Shown piece by piece: positions 1 to 9,598 of a stretch of 64,000 bases of DNA. The DNA is from an uncultured Acidobacteriota bacterium. GTDB taxonomy: Bacteria; Acidobacteriota; Thermoanaerobaculia; Multivoradales; SZUA-115. The first letter of the stretch is position 1; every line of letters begins with the position of its first letter. Location of the stretch: assembly GCA_963805975.1 (NCBI GenBank), contig CAWDVR010000004.1, positions 256,001-320,000 of the forward strand, in the 5' to 3' direction. Position numbers and translations under genes: made by a program. The notes under the pieces are model-generated. The model did not search any database, was not told where the DNA came from, and saw only the letters and a list, made by a program, of their open reading frames with translations.

Positions 1-1471
1 CGACGCGGGGGCCAAGGAGCTCACCGCCGTCGACGTGCTCGACCGCGGCACCGACCGCATCCGCCGCGGCCTGGCCGGCGAGCCCGAGGTGCAGGCCTCG
101 CTGCTCGACGCCCTGGGCCAGGTCAACAACGACCTGCGGCGCATCGAGGTCGCGGAGCCGCTCCTCGAAGAGGCGCTGGCGCTGCGCCGCTGGGTCCACG
201 GCGACCGCTCGATCGAGGCCGCCGACACCGGCGAGCACCTGGCCGAGGTGCGGGTCGCCCAGGGGCGGTTCCAGGACGCCGCCGATCTTTACCAGGAAGC
301 GGTGGCGATCAAGCGCCAGCGCCTGGGGCCGCGCCACCTGGAGATCGCCAAGACCTTGAACGACATGGGCGTCGCGGTCGGCCAGACCGGCAAGCCGGAC
401 CACATCGCGGCGGCCGAGGCGCTGCACATCGAGGCCCTGGACATTGCGCTCGCCACCGAGGGCCCCGACAGCCACGAAGCGGCAGACGCCCTGCACGCGC
501 TCGCCCTCCTCGCCCGCGAGCGCGACGCGCTCGACGAGGCCGAGGTCCACGCCCGCAAGTCGCTCGCCATCCTGATGCGGAGCCTGGGCGAGGAGAACCC
601 GGACACCACGCTGGTCGAAGGCACGCTGGGGCTGGTGCTCCTCTCCCAGACCAAGCTCCGCGAAGCCGAGCAGGTGTTCCGCCGCCTGGTGGTGACGCGG
701 GGCAACCAGCTCGGCGAAGACCACCCGGACCTGGCGGAGAACTTCAACAACCTGGGCTCGGCCCTGCTCTTACAGGGCCGCGGCGCGGAGGCCGAGACCT
801 ACGTGCGCCGCGCGCTGGCGCGCTACCAGCAGCAGTACGGGGAAAAGCACTTCACCGCAGCCCTGGTGCTGGGCAACGTGGCGAGCGCGCTCCTCCAGCA
901 GGGCAGGCTCGAGGAGGCGCTGCCGGTCGCCGAGGAGACGCTCACGCTCCGCCGCGCGACTCTGGGCGACAAGAGCCTGCGCGTGGCGCAGACCCTGTTG
1001 ATGCTCTCCGAGCTCCAACGCGGCCTCGGCCGCGCCGACCTGGCGCTCGGCCACGTCGAGGGGGCGCGGGACCTCTACCTGGGCGCGCTCTCCGCCGAGC
1101 ACCCGTCGGCGGCCGGCGCCTGGACGGAGCTCGGACGCGTGCTGCTGGCGCGGGGCGACGCCGCCCAGGCCCTGCCGCACTTCGAGCGCGCCGTTCGAAT
1201 CCGCCGCGACCGCCAGCCGCCGGCCCATGCCGACCGGGCGAAGGCCGAGGCCGCCCTCGGTGCCTGCTATCTCGCTCTCGGCCGCCCGGACGAGGCCGGG
1301 CCGCTCCTTACCGGAGCGCGCTCGGTGCTGGCCGCCGAGCTCGCTCCCGAGAGCCGGGCCCTGACCGAGGTGGACGCCTGGCTCGCGGAGCTCGGTCGCC
1401 TGCAGGGTCAGCCCGTGCAGGCAAGAAAGAGCCGGGCGCGAGAAGAGGCCGGGACCACCAGACCGGGCTGA
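1..1471 (+). CDS. Tetratricopeptide-repeat protein, 5'-partial (probably the C-terminal TPR region of a Ser/Thr protein kinase)
   Basis: Frame is open from the window edge (DAGAKELTAVDVLDRG...). Repeated ~42-aa TPR units (ALALRR..G..HP..A..LNNLG); the LLDRG..RI...L..EPEVQA motif typically follows a kinase-TM region. Confidence 0.8.
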   Translation, partial: DAGAKELTAVDVLDRGTDRIRRGLAGEPEVQASLLDALGQVNNDLRRIEVAEPLLEEALALRRWVHGDRSIEAADTGEHLAEVRVAQGRFQDAADLYQEAVAIKRQRLGPRHLEIAKTLNDMGVAVGQTGKPDHIAAAEALHIEALDIALATEGPDSHEAADALHALALLARERDALDEAEVHARKSLAILMRSLGEENPDTTLVEGTLGLVLLSQTKLREAEQVFRRLVVTRGNQLGEDHPDLAENFNNLGSALLLQGRGAEAETYVRRALARYQQQYGEKHFTAALVLGNVASALLQQGRLEEALPVAEETLTLRRATLGDKSLRVAQTLLMLSELQRGLGRADLALGHVEGARDLYLGALSAEHPSAAGAWTELGRVLLARGDAAQALPHFERAVRIRRDRQPPAHADRAKAEAALGACYLALGRPDEAGPLLTGARSVLAAELAPESRALTEVDAWLAELGRLQGQPVQARKSRAREEAGTTRPG

Positions 1472-1508
1472 CGGTGGGCCGGCGCTCTTCTCGGCGAAGC
1501 AGCTTGCG

Positions 1509-2408
1509 CTACTCCTCTTTGCCCAGGAAGAACACGTCCACGGCTCTCGTCTCGCCGCCCGCGAGAACCACCCTGGCGTAGTAGCGCAGAGCGTTTCCGA
1601 AGCGATCGACTCGCCGGGTCTCGCGGTAGCTGAGACCGATCTCGAGCACGCCCGACTGCGCCAGCGTGCGCAGCTCCTCGGGCTGCGACCGGCCGTCGTG
1701 GTTGGCATCGCCCCAGAGCCTCAACTGGCCGAAGATGGCGTCGGCTTCCGAGATCACGCCGTCCTCATTTCCGCCGCCCACGACCAGGTCGAACTCGGCG
1801 AGAGCGATGAAGCCGTTGGGGTCGTTGGTGGGTCGCTGGTCGGTGTAGTTGCCGAACAGCTCGGTGCCGTCGTTCACCAGGCCGTCCTCGTTGCGGTCGA
1901 GCACCAGGAAGGACATGTTGGCGCGCGGATCGGTCCAGGAGAGCGTGTCCTCTTCACCATCGGCATCGATGTCGAATCGGACGCCGCGGGTGAGGTCGGT
2001 GAAGACGTCCACTTGCTTCGATCCCAGGGGAATGAGGATCGGACAGTTGTCGATCGGCGGCCGCTCGGGACCGATCATGTCGCACTGCACGGTGCACCGC
2101 GCGCTGCAGTAGGTGTTGAACGTGGGGTTGCACGGGAAGTCCACGCAGGACGACGGGTCGGCGATCTGGCTGACCGTGAAGTTGGAGAAGGTCGGGTTCG
2201 CGAGCACACCGTCGCAGCCCAGCGGCGTCCAGAAGAAGCAGTCCTCGTAGACCTTGTTGTAGCAGCGGTTGTAGGCCAGGCCGAGCCCGAGCGAGCCGCT
2301 GAAGTAAGGCCCGGCCGAAAGGATGGTGGTTCGGGTAGGTCCGGGATAAGCGTGCGCAGAGGTGCCCGCGGTCAGACAGACGGCCAGCAGCAACAAGACT
2401 CTCTTCAT
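1509..2408 (-). CDS. Secreted protein: signal peptide + Cys-rich domain + FrpC-like Ca2+-binding self-processing-module homolog
   Basis: ATG at 2408 with GGAGG RBS; signal peptide MKRVLLLLAVCLTAGTSAHA; C-terminal PILIPL...RFDIDADG...W...LVLDRNEDGLVNDGTELFG...GFIALAEFD...LRLWGDANHDGRSQPEELRTL matches my recollection of the FrpC SPM pattern. Confidence 0.75.
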   Translation of the reverse strand: MKRVLLLLAVCLTAGTSAHAYPGPTRTTILSAGPYFSGSLGLGLAYNRCYNKVYEDCFFWTPLGCDGVLANPTFSNFTVSQIADPSSCVDFPCNPTFNTYCSARCTVQCDMIGPERPPIDNCPILIPLGSKQVDVFTDLTRGVRFDIDADGEEDTLSWTDPRANMSFLVLDRNEDGLVNDGTELFGNYTDQRPTNDPNGFIALAEFDLVVGGGNEDGVISEADAIFGQLRLWGDANHDGRSQPEELRTLAQSGVLEIGLSYRETRRVDRFGNALRYYARVVLAGGETRAVDVFFLGKEE

Positions 2409-2526
2409 GAAACCTCCCGTAGGAGGCCGCCTTCGGAAGTGAGGGCGGCCGGGTTCGGCGCATTCGCGATCACGAGCCTTCGGGACTCGCTCTATCTTGC
2501 GATGCGCCGTTCCGGCCGCCGCTACG

Positions 2527-2955
2527 TCACTCGATCTCTCGCGGGTTGGCCCGGGCCTCGATCTCGAAGGGGAAGCACTGCCGCCCCGCGCGGTGAAACC
2601 AGGGAGTGGTGTCCGAGCCTCGTGACTCGCGCTCGAAGGTCGCGCAGAGCTCGTAACGCCGCTCGCCCAGGGCGCGGTACTCGTAGGTTTGCCCGGTCCC
2701 GGGGTCGCGTACCTCCACCCGCATCCACTCTTTCCCGGCCAGCTCCTCCAGCGAGGCCGGGAGACGGCCCTCCCGCTCGACGAAGATGGCGACCGCGGAT
2801 TCGATCTCGCGCAGGTGCGCGATCCGCCGGTCGTCCATGCGCCGGGCCCGCTCCTCGGAGGGTGGGCCCAGCACCAGCAGCCCACCGGCCACGGCCGCGA
2901 CCACCGCCAGCACGGCGAGACCCGCGAGGATCGTCCCTCCGCCGGGCCGCCTCAC
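2527..2955 (-). CDS. Small single-TM protein with pseudopilin-like globular domain (partner of the DUF5671 gene)
   Basis: GTG start overlaps the upstream stop (GTGA); N-terminal TM then DDRRIAHL..I..AV..F....GRLPASLEEL...DP.TG..YEY.....YELCATF. Confidence 0.6.
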   Translation of the reverse strand: MRRPGGGTILAGLAVLAVVAAVAGGLLVLGPPSEERARRMDDRRIAHLREIESAVAIFVEREGRLPASLEELAGKEWMRVEVRDPGTGQTYEYRALGERRYELCATFERESRGSDTTPWFHRAGRQCFPFEIEARANPREIE

Positions 2956-3605
2956 GGCCGGATCTCCTTTTCTTCTTCGTCGCGCCGCAGGTCCCACAGG
3001 TAGTAGCCGAAGATCGAGCCGGCGATGGCTCCGACCGTCGCCGCCTTGAGCACGAAGCGGGTGGTGAGCTCACCGCCGAGGAAGCGGTAGACCAGCGAGG
3101 TGACGTCGCCGATCAGCACGCAGGCGGCGAGAAAGAGCGTCACGTAGGTGAGCCACTTGCGGATCTTCGAGGCTCGCTTGCTCGGGTCCAGGCGCAGGCG
3201 CCGGCTGACCCGCGAGGAGACGTACAGGAACACGGGGAACGCCACCACCAGCGTGGACACGGCCCAGCGGATGGCTTCCCGGGAACGTCCCGTCACCCAC
3301 TCGGCCTCCGCCGGGTCCGGGAACGCCCGGTCGACGAGCTGGAACACCAGCGCGCCGAGGTGGAAGGCGCTGGCGTAGAGGGTGCTGAAGAGCACGAGAT
3401 AGAGGAAGGCCTCGAAGGCGGACAGGTACGGCGCCGGCCGGGGCACCGGGACCGGGAACTCGACCTCCGCGAAGCCCGCCAGCGCTCCCCTCACCTGGTC
3501 GGCCGGCCAGCCCGCGGCGAGCAGCACGGCCTCGATCTCGGCCCGCGGCAGACCCCTCGACAGGCTGTCGCGGACGAATTGCTGCAGCTCGTCACTGGCG
3601 GCCAT
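2952..3605 (-). CDS. DUF5671-type membrane protein
   Basis: N-terminal EL..FVRDSLSRG..R.EI..LL.AGW helix domain, 4 TM segments, IRKWLTY.TLF motif. Confidence 0.65.
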   Translation of the reverse strand: MAASDELQQFVRDSLSRGLPRAEIEAVLLAAGWPADQVRGALAGFAEVEFPVPVPRPAPYLSAFEAFLYLVLFSTLYASAFHLGALVFQLVDRAFPDPAEAEWVTGRSREAIRWAVSTLVVAFPVFLYVSSRVSRRLRLDPSKRASKIRKWLTYVTLFLAACVLIGDVTSLVYRFLGGELTTRFVLKAATVGAIAGSIFGYYLWDLRRDEEEKEIRP

Positions 3606-3623
3606 GTGTTCCTCTCCGTGTGC

Positions 3624-4784
3624 TCAGATTTCGGCCCCTCTCTCGGGCCGTCTTTCGATCGCCACGAGAATAGACCGCGCGACGTAGGTCCGGCCCCAGC
3701 TGCGCCCGGTCACTTCTTCCAGCACACCGGCCGTCTCCAGGGTTCTGATGACTTGCCGGGCCGTGGGGTCGGACACGCCCAGAAACCGTCTAGCCTGCGC
3801 TGCCGAGGTATAGGGATTCTCGAACAGCGCGTCGACCAGGGCGAGCGCTCGTGCAGAGCGCTTTAGGTCGCGGCGCCACCGGTCTCGCAGGTCGAGAAGC
3901 ATCTGCGCCTGCGCCAGCGCCTCCCGAGCCGTCCAGCGAACGCCCTCCAGGAAGAACCGCAGCCAGCCCGGCCAGTCACCATCGGTGCGGATGCGGAGCA
4001 GCAGTTCGTAGTAGTCGCTGCGCCGGGCTTCCAGGTAGTCGGAGAGATAGAGCAGCGGATGGGTGAGCCGGCCGCGCTCGATCAGGAAGAGAGGGATCAA
4101 GAGCCGCCCCACTCGCCCGTTCCCGTCGAGGAAAGGATGAATAGCCTCGAAATGCTCGTGGATCAGGGCGCACTGCACGAGATCCGGAAGCTCACCACGA
4201 AGGTGGAGGAAGCGTTCCCAGTGATCCAAGGCCTCCAGCATCTCGCGGGGTGGTGGCGGCACGTAGACCGCCGTAGCAGCGGTGCTGCCGGCCGGCCCGA
4301 TCCAGTTCTGCGATCGACGAAACTCACCGGCCGCCGCTTGCCCACCTCGCACTCCGCTCATGAGCACCGCGTGCAGCTCGCGTACGAGCCGGAGGGACAG
4401 CGGCAGTTCCGCGAGCAGGCGGATGCCGGACTCCAGAGCGGCGACATAGTTGCGGACTTCGCGGACGTCAGCAGCGTCTGCAGCACGGCCCGCCTCGAGC
4501 TCGTCGAGCAGGACATCGGAAAGGTCCGCGCGGGTACCCTCGATGCGCGAGGACCAAACGGCCTCACGACGGATATAAGTGCCGATCAAAAGGCCAGGAT
4601 TTGGCAGCTGTCGGCCCAGCCCGGAGAGCTCTCCGAGCGCCGCGTCGGCCCGTGACAGATCCCAGACCAGTCCGGAGTCGTAAACCAGCCGCGGGGGCAA
4701 TGGCTTCGGAACAAAGGCCGGGCAGCCATCGGCAGCCCAGATGATCCGGCCCGCTTCCGAGGCGTTGAAGTCTGCGGGATTCAT
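3624..4784 (-). CDS. Fic family protein (Fic_N + Fic + C-terminal HTH)
   Basis: Canonical Fic motif HPFLDGNGRVGR; EAVWSSRIEGT inhibitory-helix-like motif. Confidence 0.92.
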   Translation of the reverse strand: MNPADFNASEAGRIIWAADGCPAFVPKPLPPRLVYDSGLVWDLSRADAALGELSGLGRQLPNPGLLIGTYIRREAVWSSRIEGTRADLSDVLLDELEAGRAADAADVREVRNYVAALESGIRLLAELPLSLRLVRELHAVLMSGVRGGQAAAGEFRRSQNWIGPAGSTAATAVYVPPPPREMLEALDHWERFLHLRGELPDLVQCALIHEHFEAIHPFLDGNGRVGRLLIPLFLIERGRLTHPLLYLSDYLEARRSDYYELLLRIRTDGDWPGWLRFFLEGVRWTAREALAQAQMLLDLRDRWRRDLKRSARALALVDALFENPYTSAAQARRFLGVSDPTARQVIRTLETAGVLEEVTGRSWGRTYVARSILVAIERRPERGAEI

Positions 4785-4899
4785 GGCTCTGGGGTGGCAG
4801 GTGTTTCAGATTCTAGCCCCGAGCCAGAGATCCTTCCAAAGAAAAGTGGCAAAAACCTTGAAAGCGTCCGGGGCTTTGCAAGATCACTTCGGAAGTGCC

Positions 4900-5577
4900 C
4901 TACCACACCACCTTCGTGCCGTCCCAGGAGAAGAAGGTCCCGCTGTCCTTGACCGTCAGCCGGTCGAGCAGCCGCAGGATGCCGGCGACGCTGTCCTCGA
5001 CCGGCAGCGGGGCGCCGGCGCCGCCCATGCGGGTCTGCACCCAGCCGGGGTTCACGGCCACGCAGGTGAAGCCCTTGCCCGCCAGCTCGAGGGCCATGGT
5101 GCGGGTGAGCATGTTGAGGGCCGCCTTGGAGGCGCGGTAGGCGTAGTAGCCGCCGGAGGCGTTGTCGCCGATCGAGGCGAGCTGGCTCGAAAGGTTGACG
5201 ACCTGACGGCGCTTCGCTGCCCGCAGGTTGGGCAGCAGCGCCTGGGTCACGCGCAGAGCGCCGATACTGTTGATCGAGAAGGCCTCGAGCAGACTCTCGC
5301 AGTCGAGCTCGGAGAGGGCCCGGGTCTCGGGTGCCACGCCGGCGTTGTTGATCAGGACGTCTACGGCCGAGCCGGCGAGCCGCTCGGCGAAGGCGCGGAC
5401 GCTCGCCGCCGAGGCCACGTCCAGAACCTCGGCGGAAATGCCGAGCGCGCGGAGCTGGGCAGCCTGCTCGAGCCGGCGCGTGGTGGCGATCACGGACTCG
5501 CCGCGCTCGAGGAGCTGGCGCGCCAGCTCGAGGCCGATCCCGCGGTTGGCGCCCGTGATGACGTAGGTGGAGCTCAT
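4900..5577 (-). CDS. SDR family oxidoreductase (CsgA-like)
   Basis: TGANRGIG, NNAG, YRASK catalytic motif, PGWVQTRMG. Confidence 0.92.
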   Translation of the reverse strand: MSSTYVITGANRGIGLELARQLLERGESVIATTRRLEQAAQLRALGISAEVLDVASAASVRAFAERLAGSAVDVLINNAGVAPETRALSELDCESLLEAFSINSIGALRVTQALLPNLRAAKRRQVVNLSSQLASIGDNASGGYYAYRASKAALNMLTRTMALELAGKGFTCVAVNPGWVQTRMGGAGAPLPVEDSVAGILRLLDRLTVKDSGTFFSWDGTKVVW

Positions 5578-5779
5578 GCCAGACCACCCTCCCTGAAAAT
5601 TCGCGTGACAGTCCCTAGTCTATCCGGCATGCACGGAAAGACGGCCGGGACAAGCCCGGCCGCTACGTCCGGAGATCACGGATGGTATAAACGGCGCGCC
5701 GCGAGGCCGGCCGTGGGCGGCCGACCCGGCGCGCACGCACGCCACCACAGAGGAGACCAGCTTGCAGGCACGCGGAGAC

Positions 5780-7162
5780 ATGGCCAAGAAACCGTCCCGG
5801 GCGCTCGCCCGGATCATCGTCATGCTGCTGCTGGCGCTCGCCGCGGTCGCCGGCCTGGCGCTGGTGCGGGTGGGCTCGTCGCCCGCGATCGGCATCGAGC
5901 CGGGGGCTCCCGGCATCGGGCGCAAGACGCCGGTGGTGGTGAAGGTCGCGGCTTCCGGCCGTGGCCTGACCGAGGTGAAGGTCGAGCTGACGCAGGGTGA
6001 GCACACCCAGGTGGTGGCCGAGAAGAGGTACCGGGCGCGCCCGTTCTGGGCCTTCTGGGGGGCGCGCACGACGAGCGACGAGATTGCCGTCGAGGTGGGC
6101 AAGGACTCGATGCCGGAGCTCACCGGCGGCGAAGCGGTGATCCGCGTCACCGCCGGCCGGGCCGGAACCTGGCTCCGCCACCCGGCCCCGGCCGTGGCCG
6201 AGACCACGCTGCCCGTGCGCCTGACGCCGCCGACCCTCTCCGTGCTCTCGATCCAGAACAACGTGATGCAGGGTGGCAGCGAGGTGGTGATCTACCGCGT
6301 CGGCAAGACCGCCACCCGCGATGGCGTGTCCGCCGGAGAGTGGTGGTTCCCGGGCTTCCCGCTGCCGGGCGGCGGTCCCGAGGACCGCTTCAGCCTCTAC
6401 GCCGCTCCCTTCGACCTCTCCGACCCGGCGCGCATCCAGCTCGTCGCCGAGGACGAGGTGGGCAACGTGGCCAGGGCCTCGTTCGTGGACCGCTTCACGG
6501 CCCGGCCGCCGACCAGCGCCAAGATCGAGCTCTCGGACGCCTTCCTCGCCAAGGCGGTGCCGGAGATCCTCTCCCAGAGCCCGGAGGTCAAGGACCAGGG
6601 GGAGCTCCTCCCGAGCTATCTCACCATCAACCGCGACCTGCGGCGCATCAACAACGCCCGGCTGGGAGAGCTGGCGCGTGCCTCGAAACCCGAGTTCCTG
6701 TGGTCGAAGTCGTTCCGCCAGCTCGGCAACACGCAGGTGATGGCCTCCTTCGCCGATCACCGGAGCTACCTCCACAACGGCCAGGTGGTCGATCACCAGT
6801 ACCACCTGGGCTTCGACCTCGCCTCGTTCAAGCACGCGCCGGTGACGGCGGCGAACCGCGGCGTGGTGGTGCTCGCCGGCTACCTGGGGATCTACGGCAA
6901 CACCGTGGTGCTCGACCACGGCTTCGGCCTCGCGACCCTCTACTCGCACCTGTCGTCGATCGACGTGTCCGAGGGTCAGACGGTGGAGGAGGGCCAGAAG
7001 CTCGGGGCGACCGGCGAGACCGGCCTCGCCGCCGGCGACCACCTGCACTTCTCCGTGGTGCTCCACGGCCTGGCGGTGACCCCCGTCGAGTGGTGGGACG
7101 GGCGCTGGATCCGCGACCATCTGCAGGCCAAGCTCGGCGCCGCGCTGCCGTTTTCCGGATAG
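5780..7162 (+). CDS. M23 family metallopeptidase
   Basis: N-terminal TM; HLGFD (HxxxD), YGNTVVLDHG, YSHLS, HLHF. Confidence 0.9.
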   Translation: MAKKPSRALARIIVMLLLALAAVAGLALVRVGSSPAIGIEPGAPGIGRKTPVVVKVAASGRGLTEVKVELTQGEHTQVVAEKRYRARPFWAFWGARTTSDEIAVEVGKDSMPELTGGEAVIRVTAGRAGTWLRHPAPAVAETTLPVRLTPPTLSVLSIQNNVMQGGSEVVIYRVGKTATRDGVSAGEWWFPGFPLPGGGPEDRFSLYAAPFDLSDPARIQLVAEDEVGNVARASFVDRFTARPPTSAKIELSDAFLAKAVPEILSQSPEVKDQGELLPSYLTINRDLRRINNARLGELARASKPEFLWSKSFRQLGNTQVMASFADHRSYLHNGQVVDHQYHLGFDLASFKHAPVTAANRGVVVLAGYLGIYGNTVVLDHGFGLATLYSHLSSIDVSEGQTVEEGQKLGATGETGLAAGDHLHFSVVLHGLAVTPVEWWDGRWIRDHLQAKLGAALPFSG

Positions 7163-7168
7163 ACACGG

Positions 7169-9562
7169 ATGCCGACCTGGGCCCTGGCCCTTGTACTGGC
7201 CGGTCTCGCGGGGCTGATGCAGGGCCTCCTGCTGCTCGCCGCCAAGGGCCTGGGCCTGCGGTTGTCCAAGGCCGCCCTCGCCGGGGGGCTGCTCCTCCCC
7301 TTTCTGCTCCTCGCGCCGTGGATCGGTCAGGAGCCGATCCTGGCGCCGCTCGGCGCTCTGCCCGCGCCGGGCGGGCCGGCCCTCCCCGGACCGGAGCGGC
7401 ACTCGATCCTGAACGACTCGGTGTTCCAGTTCATCCCCTGGGAGCTCGAGGTCCGGCACGCCTACAAGGCCGGCCGGCTGCCGCTGTGGTCCGATCTCCT
7501 GGACGGCGGCAGCTCTCCCTGGGTCAATCCGCAGGTCGGGGCCCTGTCGCCGATCGCCATGCTGACCCGGGTGCTGCCGATCCAGTACTTTCTGCTCGCG
7601 GCGCTGCTCTTGAAGATCCTGGTCTCCTTCGAGGGCTCCTGGCTCCTTGCAAGGCGGGTCGGCGCAAGCCGCGCGGCGGCGCTCCTCGCCGGAGGCGCCT
7701 TCGCCCTGGGGGGGAGCATCCTCGCCTGGGGCCTCTTCCCTCACACCCAGACCGTTGCCTGGGCGCCGTGGGTGGCGGTGGGGGCGATCGGCGTCGTGCG
7801 CCGGCCGCGACCGCTCGCTCTCGTCACCACCGCGCTCCTCACCGCGGCGATGCTCCTCTCCGGCCACCCGGAGACGGCCGTCAACGGCGGCCTGTTCGCG
7901 GCCGGCTGTGCGCTCCTCCTGCGGCGGAGGCGGCGCACGCTGTGGCGGCCGCTCGGTCACGCGGCCCTCGCTGCCGGGCTCGGCTTCGCGCTCGCCGCGC
8001 CCCAGCTCGTGCCCTTCGCGAGCGCCGTGCCCAGCTCGCAGCGGTCGCGCGACATGGCGGCCCACACCGAGAGCGGCCCGGCCGGCACCATCTGGAGCTG
8101 GGCCGAGCCGGGCTCCTGGTTCTTCGAGAGCCGGGGCCGCTTCCTGTTGGCGCCGCTCGACCGCCACGCCTTCGGCCGGCCCTACGGCGGCTCGTTCGCG
8201 GGCGCTCTCTCCTGGCCGGACTCGCTCACCGCCTACGCCGGGGTGGTGGCCCTGGGGGGAGCGCTCGCCGCGCTCTCCGCCGCGTTCCTGGCCAGGGGAA
8301 GGAGGCGGCGCACGGCGGCCGTCTTCCTGCTCCTGGGCGGGGCCTTCCTGCTGCTCGCGGCCCACCCCTTGCCGCTCCTCGACCTGCTCTTCCTCCTGCC
8401 GCCGCTTCGCCTTCCGGCCTACTCCCGCCTGCTGCTCCTCGTGCCATTGGCGCTCGCCGTCGCAGGGGCCCTGGGGCTCGATATGCTGCTCCGCCGGGGC
8501 ACCGAGGGCCTTGCCGGCCGCCGCTGGGCCGCGTGGCTCGGCCTGGCCCTCGCGACCGGCCTCGGCCTCGCGCTCTCCCACGGCCCGATGTCGCTCCTTC
8601 TGTGGGCCGGTCTCTGGCTGGCGGTCGCGCTCGGGCGAGGAAGACCGGGAAGGCTCCGGGCTGGGGCCTACGCGGCGTTGGGTGTGGTGCTGCTCGCCGA
8701 CCTCCTCCCCTGGGGCCGCGACCAGCTACCGCGCGGCCTCTCCGCCATGTTCTACCCACGGACCGCCGTGGTCGAGGCGATCGCTCGCGAGACGGAGAGT
8801 GGCGGGCCCTGGCGGGTGGTGGGCCAGGACATGCTGGCCTACCCCGGCCTGCTCTCCGTCTACGGGCTCGCCGATCCACGCCCGCACAACCCGCTGGCGC
8901 CGGCGGCGCAGCTCGCCGTGCTCGGGCCCGCCTTCGACTTCGCGCCCGATCTGGTGCGCTACTTCGCGCCCTTCCACCGGCCGGACCAGCCGCTCCTCGA
9001 CTTCTTGAACGTGCGGGTGGTGGTCTCGAACCGCTTCCTGCCGGAGCCCACGTCGTTCGAGCGCATCGACCCTGGCGTCGACGAGCTCTACCAGCTCTGG
9101 CGCAACCCGCGCGCCCTGCCACGCTGGTTCCTGACCTCGGGAGTGGACGTAGCGCCGGCTGCCGAGGCCCCGGCGCGGCTGGCGGCGCTCTCGGACCCGC
9201 GCCGCGTGCTGGTGGCGGCCGAGGACGTGGGGAGCTGGCGACCGGCGCAAGGAGGGCAAGGGCCGGTCGAAGCCCTCGTCGCCACGCCCGGTCACCTGCG
9301 ACTCGCGCTGCCACCCGACCCAGGTGAACGTCTGCTTGCCACTTCGCTACCGGGACCGACGGGTTGGAGTGCCCAGGCCGGAAGCGTTCCGCTCCGCACT
9401 CTGGCGGTAAACGTCGCCTACCTGGGTGTCGTGGTGCCGGCCGGCACCACCGAGGTCGAGCTGCGCTTCGTGCCGCGGGGGTTCGTCCCCGGCGCCGTGC
9501 TGGCCATGCTGGGGCTCGTGGGGGTCGCGATCGCCGCCTTCAGGGCGGCTAGAAAGCCGTAG
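7169..9562 (+). CDS. YfhO-family multi-pass membrane protein (GT-C fold glycosyltransferase-like)
   Basis: D.VFQFIPW, GRLPLW.....GG.P, SGHPET motifs; C-terminal soluble domain ending GW.A...G...V.L.F.P plus terminal TM. Confidence 0.75.
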   Translation: MPTWALALVLAGLAGLMQGLLLLAAKGLGLRLSKAALAGGLLLPFLLLAPWIGQEPILAPLGALPAPGGPALPGPERHSILNDSVFQFIPWELEVRHAYKAGRLPLWSDLLDGGSSPWVNPQVGALSPIAMLTRVLPIQYFLLAALLLKILVSFEGSWLLARRVGASRAAALLAGGAFALGGSILAWGLFPHTQTVAWAPWVAVGAIGVVRRPRPLALVTTALLTAAMLLSGHPETAVNGGLFAAGCALLLRRRRRTLWRPLGHAALAAGLGFALAAPQLVPFASAVPSSQRSRDMAAHTESGPAGTIWSWAEPGSWFFESRGRFLLAPLDRHAFGRPYGGSFAGALSWPDSLTAYAGVVALGGALAALSAAFLARGRRRRTAAVFLLLGGAFLLLAAHPLPLLDLLFLLPPLRLPAYSRLLLLVPLALAVAGALGLDMLLRRGTEGLAGRRWAAWLGLALATGLGLALSHGPMSLLLWAGLWLAVALGRGRPGRLRAGAYAALGVVLLADLLPWGRDQLPRGLSAMFYPRTAVVEAIARETESGGPWRVVGQDMLAYPGLLSVYGLADPRPHNPLAPAAQLAVLGPAFDFAPDLVRYFAPFHRPDQPLLDFLNVRVVVSNRFLPEPTSFERIDPGVDELYQLWRNPRALPRWFLTSGVDVAPAAEAPARLAALSDPRRVLVAAEDVGSWRPAQGGQGPVEALVATPGHLRLALPPDPGERLLATSLPGPTGWSAQAGSVPLRTLAVNVAYLGVVVPAGTTEVELRFVPRGFVPGAVLAMLGLVGVAIAAFRAARKP

Positions 9563-9598
9563 CGCGCGGCCGAGCCGGGTCCGGCACTTCGGTTCGCC

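Noticed and set aside
5663-9327. Very long alternative-frame ORFs (972 aa minus, 995 aa plus) and many similar ones across the window
   Set aside because: Shadow ORFs of high-GC coding DNA; Arg/Pro/Gly-rich with no motifs, and they overlap well-supported genes.
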